A DNA stretch of 64,000 nucleotides, taken from positions 15,069 to 79,068 of the forward strand of contig CACJIJ010000001.1 of NCBI GenBank assembly GCA_902593445.1, given 5' to 3'. A program made the translations under genes and the position numbers. Source of the DNA: an uncultured Pelagibacteraceae bacterium. Lineage in GTDB: Bacteria; Pseudomonadota; Alphaproteobacteria; Pelagibacterales; Pelagibacteraceae. The notes under the pieces were generated by a model. That model saw only the letters and a program-made list of their open reading frames with translations. It searched no databases and was not told the DNA's origin. How positions within the stretch are numbered: position 1 is the first letter of the stretch; every line of letters begins with the position of its first letter. This document shows positions 38,097 through 50,575 of this stretch, piece after piece.

Positions 38097-38447
38097 ATGG
38101 ACAAAATTTCAGACTTAAAAGAAATTGTAATTAACACACTAGATCTCAATAAAGCTCAAGACATTGTAACTATTGATCTTAAAGACAAAAGTTCTATGGC
38201 TGATTACATGATCATAGCAAGCGGAACTTCATCTAGACATATCCAATCCTTGTCAGAACAAGTTTTAGAAAAACTTAAAAATAATGGTGTAATAGATTCA
38301 AAAATTGAAGGTAAAGAAAGCGGAGAGTGGAAACTTGTTGATGGAATTGATTTGATTGTTCATATTTTTCACCCAGAAAAAAGAAAATTTTATGAATTAG
38401 AGAAAATTTGGTCAGAGCTAATTCCAAAAGAAAAAGTGATGATATGA
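38097..38447 (+). CDS. rsfS: Ribosome silencing factor
   Basis: KA.DIV.ID, ADYMIIASGTS.RH, W.LVD..D.IVHIF..E.R.FY.LEK.W. Confidence 0.93.
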   Translation: MDKISDLKEIVINTLDLNKAQDIVTIDLKDKSSMADYMIIASGTSSRHIQSLSEQVLEKLKNNGVIDSKIEGKESGEWKLVDGIDLIVHIFHPEKRKFYELEKIWSELIPKEKVMI

Positions 38448-39583
38448 AAAAATTTAAATTTTTATTTTTAATTTTTTTCTATATTTTTTGCTTAAATAAA
38501 ACAGTTATTTCAGCTGAAATTGATATTTATAAAAAAATTGATCTCTTCGGTGAGGTTTTAGAAAAAATTAATAAAGAATATGTTGATGAGTTCAACCAAT
38601 CTGAAAGTATGGACTCTGCAATCAATGGACTTTTACAATCTTTAGATCCTTATTCATCCTACATGTCGCCTAAAATATTTGATGAAATGCAAACAGAAAC
38701 TAGTGGTGAGTTTGGTGGATTAGGAATTGAGGTTAGTATGGAGGCTGGTGTGGTAAAAGTAATTTCGCCAATAGATGATACACCTGCATCCAGAGCTGGA
38801 TTAAAAGCTGGTGATTACATAGTAAAAATAAATGATGTTCAGGTTCAAGGAAAATCATTAAGTGAAGCTGTTGATTTAATGAGAGGACCTGTAGGTTCTG
38901 GAATAGAGTTAACAGTAAGACGAAGAGGTGAAAAAAAAGCGTTAACATTTAATATAATAAGAGAAGTTATTCAGGTTCAATCTGTTAAATCTGAAATTAT
39001 AGATGAAAGTATAGGGTATCTCAGGCTTACTTCATTTAACGATAACAGTAGTGATCAAATAGAAAAACAAATTAAAAAACTTAAAAAAGATAAAAAATTA
39101 AATTCATTTATTTTAGATTTAAGAAATAATCCTGGGGGTCTTTTATCTCAAGCAATAAAGATAACAGATTTTTTTCTAGAAAATGGAGAAATAGTTTCAA
39201 CAAAAAGCAGAAAAAAATCTGAAAATAGAAAATGGTTTGCAAAAAAAGGAGATATTACCGACGGAAAAACACTACTGGTTTTAATTAACTATGGTTCAGC
39301 ATCTGCATCTGAAATTGTTGCTGGAGCTTTAAAAGATCACAAAAGAGCAATCATCGTTGGTGAAAATAGCTTTGGTAAAGGTTCTGTGCAATCAATTATT
39401 CCTTTAAAAAATCGTGGAGCTATCAGATTAACTGTCGCAAAATATTATCTTCCCTCTGGAAAATCTATTTCTGAAGTAGGAGTTAGACCAGATATTGAAG
39501 TAAATGAAGAAGGTGATGATTTTAGAATAAAAACTGATACTGATAATCAGTTAAATTACGCTATTAAATTACTTAACGGATAA
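38444..39583 (+). CDS. ctpA: S41 carboxyl-terminal processing protease
   Basis: LDPYS.Y, G.FGGLGIEV, PDZ domain, DLRNNPGGLL, SASASEI, FGKGSVQ; ATG 38444 followed by a signal peptide. Confidence 0.92.
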   Translation: MKKFKFLFLIFFYIFCLNKTVISAEIDIYKKIDLFGEVLEKINKEYVDEFNQSESMDSAINGLLQSLDPYSSYMSPKIFDEMQTETSGEFGGLGIEVSMEAGVVKVISPIDDTPASRAGLKAGDYIVKINDVQVQGKSLSEAVDLMRGPVGSGIELTVRRRGEKKALTFNIIREVIQVQSVKSEIIDESIGYLRLTSFNDNSSDQIEKQIKKLKKDKKLNSFILDLRNNPGGLLSQAIKITDFFLENGEIVSTKSRKKSENRKWFAKKGDITDGKTLLVLINYGSASASEIVAGALKDHKRAIIVGENSFGKGSVQSIIPLKNRGAIRLTVAKYYLPSGKSISEVGVRPDIEVNEEGDDFRIKTDTDNQLNYAIKLLNG

Positions 39584-39584
39584 T

Positions 39585-40058
39585 ATGAATAAAAATTTTA
39601 AAGATTTACCACTGAGAAGTGGGGTCGGAATAGTATTGTTGAATAAACAAAATAAAGTATTCGTAGCAAAAAGAATAGATAATCCTAAAAATTTTTGGCA
39701 AATGCCTCAGGGTGGTGTTGATGAGGGAGAGGATAATTTAAAAGCTGCATTTAGAGAACTAGAGGAAGAAACAAGTATTAAAAACGTAGAACTTATAAAA
39801 GAATTAGATGGTACATTAACCTATGATTTACCTGATAGATTACTAGGTATTATTTGGAAAGGTAAATACAAAGGTCAAAAGCAAAAATGGTTTTTAATGC
39901 GATTTATTGGAAATGATAATGAAATAAATATTAATACATCTAATCCAGAATTTTTAGATTGGAAGTGGATTGACTTAGATTTAATTACTGATGTTGTGGT
40001 TGATTTTAAACATCATGTTTACAAAGAACTTAAAGAAAAAGTAAAAAAATTAATTTAG
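39585..40058 (+). CDS. rppH: RNA pyrophosphohydrolase (Nudix)
   Basis: R..VGI, WQMPQGG.D.GE....AA.REL.EET, GQ.QKWF, PEF..W.W, V.FK..VY. Confidence 0.92.
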   Translation: MNKNFKDLPLRSGVGIVLLNKQNKVFVAKRIDNPKNFWQMPQGGVDEGEDNLKAAFRELEEETSIKNVELIKELDGTLTYDLPDRLLGIIWKGKYKGQKQKWFLMRFIGNDNEININTSNPEFLDWKWIDLDLITDVVVDFKHHVYKELKEKVKKLI

Positions 40059-40441
40059 AGTTTTTAAAACTTCAACTTTTTGATCTGCTAAATATTTAGA
40101 TTGATCATTAATATCTGTTTTATTAGCCTCTTCTTCTGCCTGTTTAAGTAAATCTTGTTGCTTTGATTTATCCATATCAACAAGATTAAAAATTGTACTT
40201 GTTAAAATAGATAGATTGTTATTTTTGAACTCAACAATTCCATCTTCAACATAGTAATTTTCATCACCTGATTTTGATAAAATTTTAATTATCCCAGGTT
40301 TCAAAAAAGAAATAATAGAAATATGATCCTTCAATATTCCCATCTCTCCTTCAAAAGCAGGGACTACAACTTCTGAAACATCATCTTTTACTAAAAAAGA
40401 TTTTTCAGGATTTACTATTTCAACTTTAAACTCTTCGCTCA

Positions 40442-40442
<1 letters not shown>
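40050..40442 (-). CDS. atpC: ATP synthase F1 epsilon subunit
   Basis: EIV.PE, V.VP..EGEMGIL..H...IS.L.PG; position after atpD. Confidence 0.92.
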
Positions 40443-42735
<2,293 letters not shown>

Positions 42736-42741
42736 AAATTA

Positions 42742-44277
42742 TTAAGATTTAAAATTTCCTTTTAATTGTGTGATTACCTCAACAAGTAATTTTTCTTTAT
42801 CTTCCTCAAGTTTTCCTGAAGTTAAAATTGACTCGATAATTTCAGGCTTATCTGATTTACATTTTTCAATAATCTTGCTCTCAAATTCAGCAACATCTTT
42901 TAGATCAATATCGTCCAGATAACCTTTCACTCCACAAAATACTGAAATAACTTGTTCTGCAACAGTCATAGGTGAATATTGTTTTTGTTTTAAAAGTTCA
43001 GTTAGTTTAGAGCCTCTATTCAAGAGTTGCTGAGTAGATGCATCTAAATCAGATCCAAATTGAGCAAAAGCTGCCATTTCTCTGTATTGAGCTAGCTCTA
43101 GTTTCATTGAACCAGAAACTTTTTTCATCGCTTTTGTTTGAGCTGATGAACCAACCCTAGACACTGACAAACCTACGTTAATTGCAGGTCTTATACCTTG
43201 GTTAAATAGTTCTGTTTCAAGGAAAATTTGTCCGTCTGTAATTGAAATAACGTTAGTTGGAATGAACGCGGATACGTCTCCACCTTGTGTTTCAATAATT
43301 GGAAGTGCAGTAAGTGATCCACCACCATGTTCGTCACTTAACTTAGCTGCTCTTTCAAGTAATCTACTATGAAGATAAAACACATCTCCAGGATAAGCCT
43401 CACGTCCTGGGGGTCTTCTTAATAGCAATGACATTTGTCTATAAGCAACTGCTTGTTTAGACAAATCATCATAAATTATTAACGCATGCATTCCATTATC
43501 TCTAAAATACTCACCCATGGTACAACCTGTATACGGAGCTAAAAATTGCAAAGGAGCAGAGTCCGATGCAGTAGCAGCAACGATTGTTGTGTAATCCATA
43601 GCTCCAGCTTCTTCTAATGTTTTTTGAATTTGTCTTACTGTTGATCTTTTTTGTCCAACTGCAACGTATATACAATACAGTTTTTGTTTTTCGTCACCAG
43701 ATTCATTGATTTTTTTTTGATTAATAATTGCATCTACTGCAACTGCTGTTTTACCAGTTTGTCTATCACCAATAATTAATTCCCTTTGCCCTCTTCCGAT
43801 TGGTACTAGACTATCAATTGATTTAAGACCAGTTTGCATTGGTTCACTAACTGATTGTCGTGGAATAATACCAGGTGCTTTAACTTCAACCCTACTTTTT
43901 TTAATTCCTTTATCTAATAGTCCTTTTCCATCAATAGGATTTCCTAAACCATCTACTACTCTACCTAGTAATTCTTTACCAACTGGGGTATCTACAATAT
44001 TACCCGTTCTTTTTACTACGTCACCTTCTTTAACATTTCTGTCATCACCAAAAATTACAACACCAACATTTTCACTTTCTAAGTTAAGAGCCATACCTTT
44101 TGAACCATCTGCAAACTCTACCATTTCACCAGCTTGAACATTATCCAAACCATAAATCCTAGCAATACCGTCTCCAACTGATAAAACTTGACCAACTTCT
44201 GTGACTTCCGCTTTATCACCAAAATTTTTGATTTGTTCTTTTAATATTTTTGTAACTTCTGAAGGATTTATTTCCAT
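42742..44277 (-). CDS. atpA: ATP synthase F1 alpha subunit
   Basis: [48 protein letters not shown]. Confidence 0.99.
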   Translation of the reverse strand: MEINPSEVTKILKEQIKNFGDKAEVTEVGQVLSVGDGIARIYGLDNVQAGEMVEFADGSKGMALNLESENVGVVIFGDDRNVKEGDVVKRTGNIVDTPVGKELLGRVVDGLGNPIDGKGLLDKGIKKSRVEVKAPGIIPRQSVSEPMQTGLKSIDSLVPIGRGQRELIIGDRQTGKTAVAVDAIINQKKINESGDEKQKLYCIYVAVGQKRSTVRQIQKTLEEAGAMDYTTIVAATASDSAPLQFLAPYTGCTMGEYFRDNGMHALIIYDDLSKQAVAYRQMSLLLRRPPGREAYPGDVFYLHSRLLERAAKLSDEHGGGSLTALPIIETQGGDVSAFIPTNVISITDGQIFLETELFNQGIRPAINVGLSVSRVGSSAQTKAMKKVSGSMKLELAQYREMAAFAQFGSDLDASTQQLLNRGSKLTELLKQKQYSPMTVAEQVISVFCGVKGYLDDIDLKDVAEFESKIIEKCKSDKPEIIESILTSGKLEEDKEKLLVEVITQLKGNFKS

Positions 44278-44835
44278 TTATGCCTCTATCATTCTATTTT
44301 CGATTTGTTGTAATTTATTTTTAATCGAGGTATCGACCATAGTACTTCCAACTTGTACTACCAAACCTCCTATTAAACTTTCGTCATGTTTGTAGTTTAA
44401 TTTTATTTTTGAGCTAAAATTTTTTGTTAACTCCTCTGTTATTTTTGAAATTTCTTCATTAGATAATTCTTTTGCTGATTTTAATTCTGCCTTAAGTTCT
44501 CCTCTTTTTCTTGAACAAATTTCAATAAAGCTTTTAAGGATACGCTCAATAAAAAAGAAACGTCTTTTTTGAATTAAGAAATTTAAAAAATTTTTAAATA
44601 AAGACTCAAATTTATTATTTTCAGAGATTGTATTGATTACTTTTAGTAAATCTTCTTGGCTTGTAGTTGGATCTTTAATCAAGTTAGAAAAATCCTCACT
44701 TTGCTCAATTAAATTAAGAATAGATGAAGATTGGTCTTCGATCTGACTTAAAAGATTGTTTTCCTCTGAAAGTTCAAAAAGCGCAAGAGAATACCTTTCA
44801 GCTGAAGTTATTGAAAATCCGGTGTCTTTACTCAA
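44278..44835 (-). CDS. atpH: ATP synthase F1 delta subunit
   Basis: A.RY..ALF, LIGG.VV.VG....D.S; TTG start preceded by GAGGA. Confidence 0.93.
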   Translation of the reverse strand: MSKDTGFSITSAERYSLALFELSEENNLLSQIEDQSSSILNLIEQSEDFSNLIKDPTTSQEDLLKVINTISENNKFESLFKNFLNFLIQKRRFFFIERILKSFIEICSRKRGELKAELKSAKELSNEEISKITEELTKNFSSKIKLNYKHDESLIGGLVVQVGSTMVDTSIKNKLQQIENRMIEA

Positions 44836-44921
44836 CTTGGTTCCTCTATAATATTGAAGATTATTTAAAAATCACGCCCTAAATAGCATATGACCCTTAT
44901 GTCTTCAAGTAGCGGATTCGT

Positions 44922-44939
44922 AAAAAAGGTCTCTTTTTT
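44922..44939 (-). terminator. Weak hairpin just after the priA stop, possible terminator
   Basis: AAAAAAG-N4-CTTTTTT inverted repeat; stem is nearly all A-U. Confidence 0.3.
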
Positions 44940-44943
44940 GTGG

Positions 44944-46899
44944 TTAATTGAAGTTAATTGGGTCAACATCAACTGAAAGTTTTATTCCGGAAGAAAATTT
45001 ATATTTTGGAATAATTTTTGCAAGAGAGCTTTGTAGTTTCATAGATTTTAAGCCTCTAATTAAAAATCTAATTCTAAATTTTCTCTTTAATCTAAATAAT
45101 GGAGCATTCACTGGCCCTAAAATTTTTCCTTGGATTTTATTTTCAATAAAATTTTTAAAATTAATAGCTTCTTTTTCTAATTTAATTTCATTGTCTCCAG
45201 TTAAGATTAAAGAAATAAACCTTTGAAATGGTGGTAGTTTATTTTTTTTTCTTATCTCCAGTTCTCTTTCTAAAAAAATATCTGGATTTTTACTTGTAAT
45301 TTCGGAAATCATCTTAGTATTATTTTCATAGGTTTGAAAATATACGGTTGCTGGTTTTCCAGTTCTTCCTGCACGTCCTGAGAGTTGATGATAAAGCTGC
45401 AAATTTTTTTCTGCACCTCTTAAGTCATGCCCTTGAGATGAAAGATCAATATCAACAACTACAATGCAATTTAAGCTTGGAAAATGAAAACCTTTTGAAA
45501 TTAATTGAGTTCCAACTAAAATATGTGTTTCATTATTAATAATTTTATCTATTTTTTCTTTAGAATCTTTTTTATTCATTGTGTCACTTGAAAAAATCTC
45601 TATTTTTTTTCCAGGAAATTTTCTTTTTACCTCTTCAGAAATTCTCTCAACACCAGGGCCACTAAAAATAAATTCACAATTACCTTCTTTTGTACAATTC
45701 CTTTTAAGATCAGATTTATACCCACAATAATGACACAATAAGTTATTTTTATTTTTATGATATACTAAGTTAATACTACAATTTGGGCATGTAAAACTTG
45801 TAAAACACTTATTGCATAAAGCATTTGGAGAAAAACCTCTTCTATTTAAAAAAAACAAAACTTGATCTTTTTTTTCTAAATGTAAATTTACTTTTTCGAT
45901 AATTTTATTTGATAGCCATGATTGTTTTTCAAGTTTTGTATTATTTAAATTAATAATTTCATAATTAGGTAATGCTGCGTTTTGAAATCTTTTGTTTAAT
46001 CTAGAAACCTCGTATTTACCTTTTTTAATATTTTCAAAAGTTTCTATAGAAGGAACAGCAGTAATCAAATTGATTGGAATGTTTTCAAAATATGCTCTAG
46101 AAATTGCCATATCACGAGCATTGTAAGTTATGCCTTCATCTTGTTTAAATGATTGATCATGTTCCTCATCAACAATTATCATTCCTAATTTTTTAAAAGG
46201 TAAAAATAGTGAGGATCTTGCACCAATAATTATTTTTATTTTACCATTAGAAACTCCACTCCAAATTAATTCTTTCTTTTTTTTTGAAATACCTGAATGC
46301 CAAACTGCTGGTTTAAAACCAAAATATTCTAAAAATTTTTGTTCAAACTGATTAGTAAGACCTATTTCTGGCAATAAAATTAATCCTTGAAAACCCTTCT
46401 CTATCAGTGGTTTTAACGCTTCAAAATAAACTAAAGTTTTTCCTGATCCAGTTGTGCCTTGTAAAACATGAACTCTAAATTTTTTATTTGAAATATTCAT
46501 TTTTTTTAGAGATTTATTTTGATCACTAGATAGCTTGATTAAGTTTTGTTTAATTTTACTATCAAATATTTGATAAAGTTGAGTTTCTTTTTTTTCTATT
46601 GCCTTACTACTTAAAAGCACTAACTTTAATGCCATACCCTTTGGGACAAGATTATATTCTGCAAACCAATTTAAAAAATTAATTGTATTTTTTTTTAATG
46701 GAGTAACATTTAATTTCCTTATTACATTTTTAGTCTTAAAATTTTTATTATTTTCTTTTTCAAATTCATCCCAAACGACACCAGTAATTTTAGATTTTCC
46801 AAAAGGTATCAAAACATAATCGCCAGCTTTAAGATTTAAGCTGCTTTCATAAGTAAAAGGATGATTAAAAATATTAGGTAATAAAATTGGATATTTCAT
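44944..46899 (-). CDS. priA: Primosomal helicase PriA (compact)
   Basis: GTTGSGKT, LPEIGLT, GARS, DEEH, LNRRG, Cys-rich region, GTQ.ISKG.HFP, GRAGR, VDVDP. Confidence 0.95.
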   Translation of the reverse strand: MKYPILLPNIFNHPFTYESSLNLKAGDYVLIPFGKSKITGVVWDEFEKENNKNFKTKNVIRKLNVTPLKKNTINFLNWFAEYNLVPKGMALKLVLLSSKAIEKKETQLYQIFDSKIKQNLIKLSSDQNKSLKKMNISNKKFRVHVLQGTTGSGKTLVYFEALKPLIEKGFQGLILLPEIGLTNQFEQKFLEYFGFKPAVWHSGISKKKKELIWSGVSNGKIKIIIGARSSLFLPFKKLGMIIVDEEHDQSFKQDEGITYNARDMAISRAYFENIPINLITAVPSIETFENIKKGKYEVSRLNKRFQNAALPNYEIINLNNTKLEKQSWLSNKIIEKVNLHLEKKDQVLFFLNRRGFSPNALCNKCFTSFTCPNCSINLVYHKNKNNLLCHYCGYKSDLKRNCTKEGNCEFIFSGPGVERISEEVKRKFPGKKIEIFSSDTMNKKDSKEKIDKIINNETHILVGTQLISKGFHFPSLNCIVVVDIDLSSQGHDLRGAEKNLQLYHQLSGRAGRTGKPATVYFQTYENNTKMISEITSKNPDIFLERELEIRKKNKLPPFQRFISLILTGDNEIKLEKEAINFKNFIENKIQGKILGPVNAPLFRLKRKFRIRFLIRGLKSMKLQSSLAKIIPKYKFSSGIKLSVDVDPINFN

Positions 46900-46984
46900 A
46901 TTTTAATATTATGAAAATTAATAAATAGTGCATTAAATAATATATTTAAATTTCTATTAATAATAAAATCTAAATTTATCATTA

Positions 46985-47012
46985 TTGCTTTATATGCTTA
47001 AATTATTATAAT
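46985..47012 (+). promoter_or_regulatory. Putative sigma70 promoter of the sulfotransferase (leaderless geometry)
   Basis: TTGCTT-N16-TATAAT, 5 nt before ATG 47018. Confidence 0.5.
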
Positions 47013-47017
47013 TTCGG

Positions 47018-47863
47018 ATGATCATTTGGCTTGCATCCTATCCAAAAAGTGGAAACACCTGGGTAAGATCTATGATTTCTGCTTTGTTATATAGTGAAAA
47101 TGGAAAATTTGATTTTGAATTAATTAAAAATATTAGACAATTTCCTGACAAACCTTATTTTGAAAACTTTACTGATGATTTTGGAAATTTCAATGAAATA
47201 AAAAAATATTGGATACGCTCACAAGAATTAATAAATCTTGATAATAAAATTAAAATTTTAAAAACACATCATTTAAATTGTAAAGTTGATAATTATAATT
47301 TTACTAATAATGAAAATACTTTGGCTACAATTTATATAGTAAGAGATCCAAGAAATTTGCTTAATTCAATTTCTAACCACTATAGTAAATCATTAGAAGA
47401 ATCAAAAAAATTTTTAACTACACCAAAATTTATTGCTGGATACAAACAAAATGGTGAGTTAAAAAATAATAGTATAAAAGCTTTGCTAGGAACTTGGGGA
47501 GAACACTACAATTTTTGGAAAATAAAAAGTAATAATTTTCTATTAATTAAGTACGAAGACTTAATTAAAAACACAGAAATTGAACTAAATAAAATAATTA
47601 ATTTTTTAAAAAAATTTTTAAACATAAAAACATCTTCAGAAAAAATAAAAAATATACTTGAAACCACAAGTTTTAATTATTTAAAAAATCTTGAAAACAA
47701 AGGAAGATTTAAAGAAAATGCTTATGAAACTTTAAATAAAAAAAAAGATTTTTTTCATTTGGGACCAAAGAATGATTGGAAAACAATATCAAATAAAGAT
47801 ATTATAAAAGAGTTGGAGAATAAATTTCATAAAGAAATGAAAGAGCTTGGTTATTTGCTTTAA
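47018..47863 (+). CDS. PAPS-dependent sulfotransferase domain protein
   Basis: 5'-PSB loop WLASYPKSGNTW, KTH, 3'-PB motif YIVRDPR....S, KYEDL, FF..G....W. Confidence 0.88.
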   Translation: MIIWLASYPKSGNTWVRSMISALLYSENGKFDFELIKNIRQFPDKPYFENFTDDFGNFNEIKKYWIRSQELINLDNKIKILKTHHLNCKVDNYNFTNNENTLATIYIVRDPRNLLNSISNHYSKSLEESKKFLTTPKFIAGYKQNGELKNNSIKALLGTWGEHYNFWKIKSNNFLLIKYEDLIKNTEIELNKIINFLKKFLNIKTSSEKIKNILETTSFNYLKNLENKGRFKENAYETLNKKKDFFHLGPKNDWKTISNKDIIKELENKFHKEMKELGYLL

Positions 47864-47870
47864 AAAAAAA

Positions 47871-49271
47871 TTAAGAGTGTATTGCTCTTTTATCTACTGA
47901 TAATGCGGCTTCTTTAACTGCTTCAGAAAAAGTTGGATGAGCATGACAAGTTCGGGCTATATCTTCTGCACTTGCACCAAATTCCATTGCAACACCAATC
48001 TCTGCAATCAATTCTCCTGCATGAGGTCCAATTATATGTGCACCTAATACTTTATCAGTTTCTTCATCAGCTAAAATTTTAACAAAACCTTCTGCATCAT
48101 CTATGGCCTTGGCTCTTGAATTAGCCATAAATGAAAATTTGCCTACTTTATATTTTTTATTCAATTCTTTTAATTGTTCCTCGGTTTTACCGATTGATGC
48201 TACTTCTGGTGTTGTATAAACTACTCCTGGGATTGTATCGTAATTTACATGTCCAGATTGACCAACTATGTTTTCTGCAACTGCTATACCTTCGTCCTCC
48301 GCTTTATGTGCAAGCATTGGACCAACAATTACATCGCCTATTGCATAAATATTTTCAACGTTAGTTTTAAAAATTTTATCAGTTTTAATTCTATTTCTTT
48401 CATCAACATCTATTCCTACAGACTCTAAATTTAAACCATCTGTATTAGGTTTTCTGCCAACAGAAATCAAAACAACATCACACTCAAAATTATTTTTATT
48501 ACCATCTTTATCTACTGTTGACACCACTGCACCTGCTGCACTTTTTTTAATTGTTTCAACTTTATTTTGCATATTAAATTTCATTCCCTGTTTTTTTAAA
48601 ATTTTCATAAATTCTGAAGAGATCTCTTTATCCATTCCAGGTGTAATATGATCTAAAAATTCAACAACTTGTACCTCTGCTCCAAGTCTTGACCATACAG
48701 ATCCCATCTCCAATCCTATATAGCCTCCTCCTACTACAACCATTTTCTTAGGTACCTTTTCTAACTTTAAAGCACCTGTTGATGAGACAATTGTTTTCTC
48801 ATCTATTTCTATTCCTGGTAATGAAACTGGAACTGATCCTGTTGCAATAACTGTTTTTTCTGTTTGGATGATGGTTTCTTTATTTTTATCATCCTTTATT
48901 AAAATTTCATTTTTAGATTTAAAACTTCCGTGTCCTTTAAAGTAAGTAACTTTGTTTTTTTTCAAAAGGAATTCAACACCTTTTGTAAGAACGGTTACAG
49001 CTTTATCTTTGCTTTTCATCATTTTGTCTAAATTTAATTTTACTTCACCAACTTCAATACCTTTGTTTGCTAAACTTTTTACTTTGTGAAATTCTTCAGA
49101 CAGATTAAGTAAGCTTTTTGATGGGATACAACCAACATTTAAACATGTGCCTCCCAAAGACCCTCTAGATTCTATACATGCAGTTTTTAATCCTAATTGA
49201 GCAAGTCTGATTGCGCATACATAGCCACCCGGTCCACCTCCAATAACTACAGCTTGAAATTTTTCTGACAT
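47871..49271 (-). CDS. lpdA: Dihydrolipoyl dehydrogenase (E3)
   Basis: [39 protein letters not shown]. Confidence 0.98.
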   Translation of the reverse strand: MSEKFQAVVIGGGPGGYVCAIRLAQLGLKTACIESRGSLGGTCLNVGCIPSKSLLNLSEEFHKVKSLANKGIEVGEVKLNLDKMMKSKDKAVTVLTKGVEFLLKKNKVTYFKGHGSFKSKNEILIKDDKNKETIIQTEKTVIATGSVPVSLPGIEIDEKTIVSSTGALKLEKVPKKMVVVGGGYIGLEMGSVWSRLGAEVQVVEFLDHITPGMDKEISSEFMKILKKQGMKFNMQNKVETIKKSAAGAVVSTVDKDGNKNNFECDVVLISVGRKPNTDGLNLESVGIDVDERNRIKTDKIFKTNVENIYAIGDVIVGPMLAHKAEDEGIAVAENIVGQSGHVNYDTIPGVVYTTPEVASIGKTEEQLKELNKKYKVGKFSFMANSRAKAIDDAEGFVKILADEETDKVLGAHIIGPHAGELIAEIGVAMEFGASAEDIARTCHAHPTFSEAVKEAALSVDKRAIHS

Positions 49272-50570
49272 TTAAATATCTAAAAACAACCTTCTAGGGT
49301 CTTCTAAGTTTTCTTTAATCATCTTAAGGAAAGATACAGATTCTTTTCCATCAATAATTCTATGATCATATGATAATGCTAAATACATAATTGGTCTTAT
49401 TTTGATTTCACCATCTACAACAACAGGTCTTTCTACTATATTATGCATGCCCAACACACCAGATTGAGGTAAATTTAGTATTGGGGTTGAAAGCATAGAC
49501 CCATACACACCTCCATTACTTATTGTAAATGTTCCTCCTTGAAGATCTTCAATTGTTAGCTTTCCATCTCGAGCTTTTTCTGAAATTTCTTTAATATTTT
49601 TTTCTATATCAGCAAAAGATAATTCATCTGAATTTCTTAAAACTGGAACAACCAAGCCTTTATCTGTTCCAACAGCAAAACTAATATTGTAATAGTTTTT
49701 ATAGATAATCTCATCACCATCTATTTCAGCATTCACGGCAGGGAAATTTTTTAAAGCAACTACACATGCTTTTACAAAGAAAGACATAAATCCTAATTTT
49801 ATCCCATAACGAGATTGAAAATCCTCTTGATTTTCTTTCCTCATTTCCATTACACTGCTCATATCAACCTCGTTAAATGTTGTTAAAAGAGCGGCATTCT
49901 CTTGAGCTTGCTTTAATCTTTTTGCAATAGTTTGTCTCAACCTAGTCATCTTAATTCGTTCTTCTTCACCATATTGAATTTTTCTTTCAGATGGTTTTGG
50001 ATTTGCACCCATCAAACCAATTAAATCTCCTTTTAAAACTCTCCCATCTTTTCCTGAACCTTGAATTGAATTAATATCAATATTATTTTCAGTTACTATT
50101 TTTCTCACTGCTGGAGACAAGGTTGGATTAACATCTCTTTTTGGAGCAACATCTGGTTTAACTTCCTCAGTTAAAACCAAAGGTTTCTCTTTAGGTTTTT
50201 CTATCTCTTTTTCTTCAAATACTTTTGGTTCTTTTTTATTTGCATCTAATTTTATTACATTGCTCTCTGCAGGAACTATTTCCTCTTGCTTGATTTCTTT
50301 TTGAGTTTTTGGCACAGATTTAACCGCTCCACCTTCTGCTGATACAGAACCTAATAATGCTCCCACTTCAACGACTGATCCATCTTGTGAATTTATCTCT
50401 GTTAACACACCAGAAATTGGAGATGGCACTTCTAAGTTTACTTTGTCTGTCTCAAGTTCTACAATTGGCTCATCTGCTTCGACCGTATCGCCTGCGTTTT
50501 TTAACCATTTTGCAACAGTCGCTTCTGTTATACTTTCACCAAGAACTGGGACTACTATTTTTTCACTCAT
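49272..50570 (-). CDS. sucB: 2-oxoglutarate dehydrogenase E2 (dihydrolipoamide succinyltransferase)
   Basis: Lipoyl [36 protein letters not shown]. Confidence 0.97.
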   Translation of the reverse strand: MSEKIVVPVLGESITEATVAKWLKNAGDTVEADEPIVELETDKVNLEVPSPISGVLTEINSQDGSVVEVGALLGSVSAEGGAVKSVPKTQKEIKQEEIVPAESNVIKLDANKKEPKVFEEKEIEKPKEKPLVLTEEVKPDVAPKRDVNPTLSPAVRKIVTENNIDINSIQGSGKDGRVLKGDLIGLMGANPKPSERKIQYGEEERIKMTRLRQTIAKRLKQAQENAALLTTFNEVDMSSVMEMRKENQEDFQSRYGIKLGFMSFFVKACVVALKNFPAVNAEIDGDEIIYKNYYNISFAVGTDKGLVVPVLRNSDELSFADIEKNIKEISEKARDGKLTIEDLQGGTFTISNGGVYGSMLSTPILNLPQSGVLGMHNIVERPVVVDGEIKIRPIMYLALSYDHRIIDGKESVSFLKMIKENLEDPRRLFLDI

Positions 50571-50575
50571 TAAAA

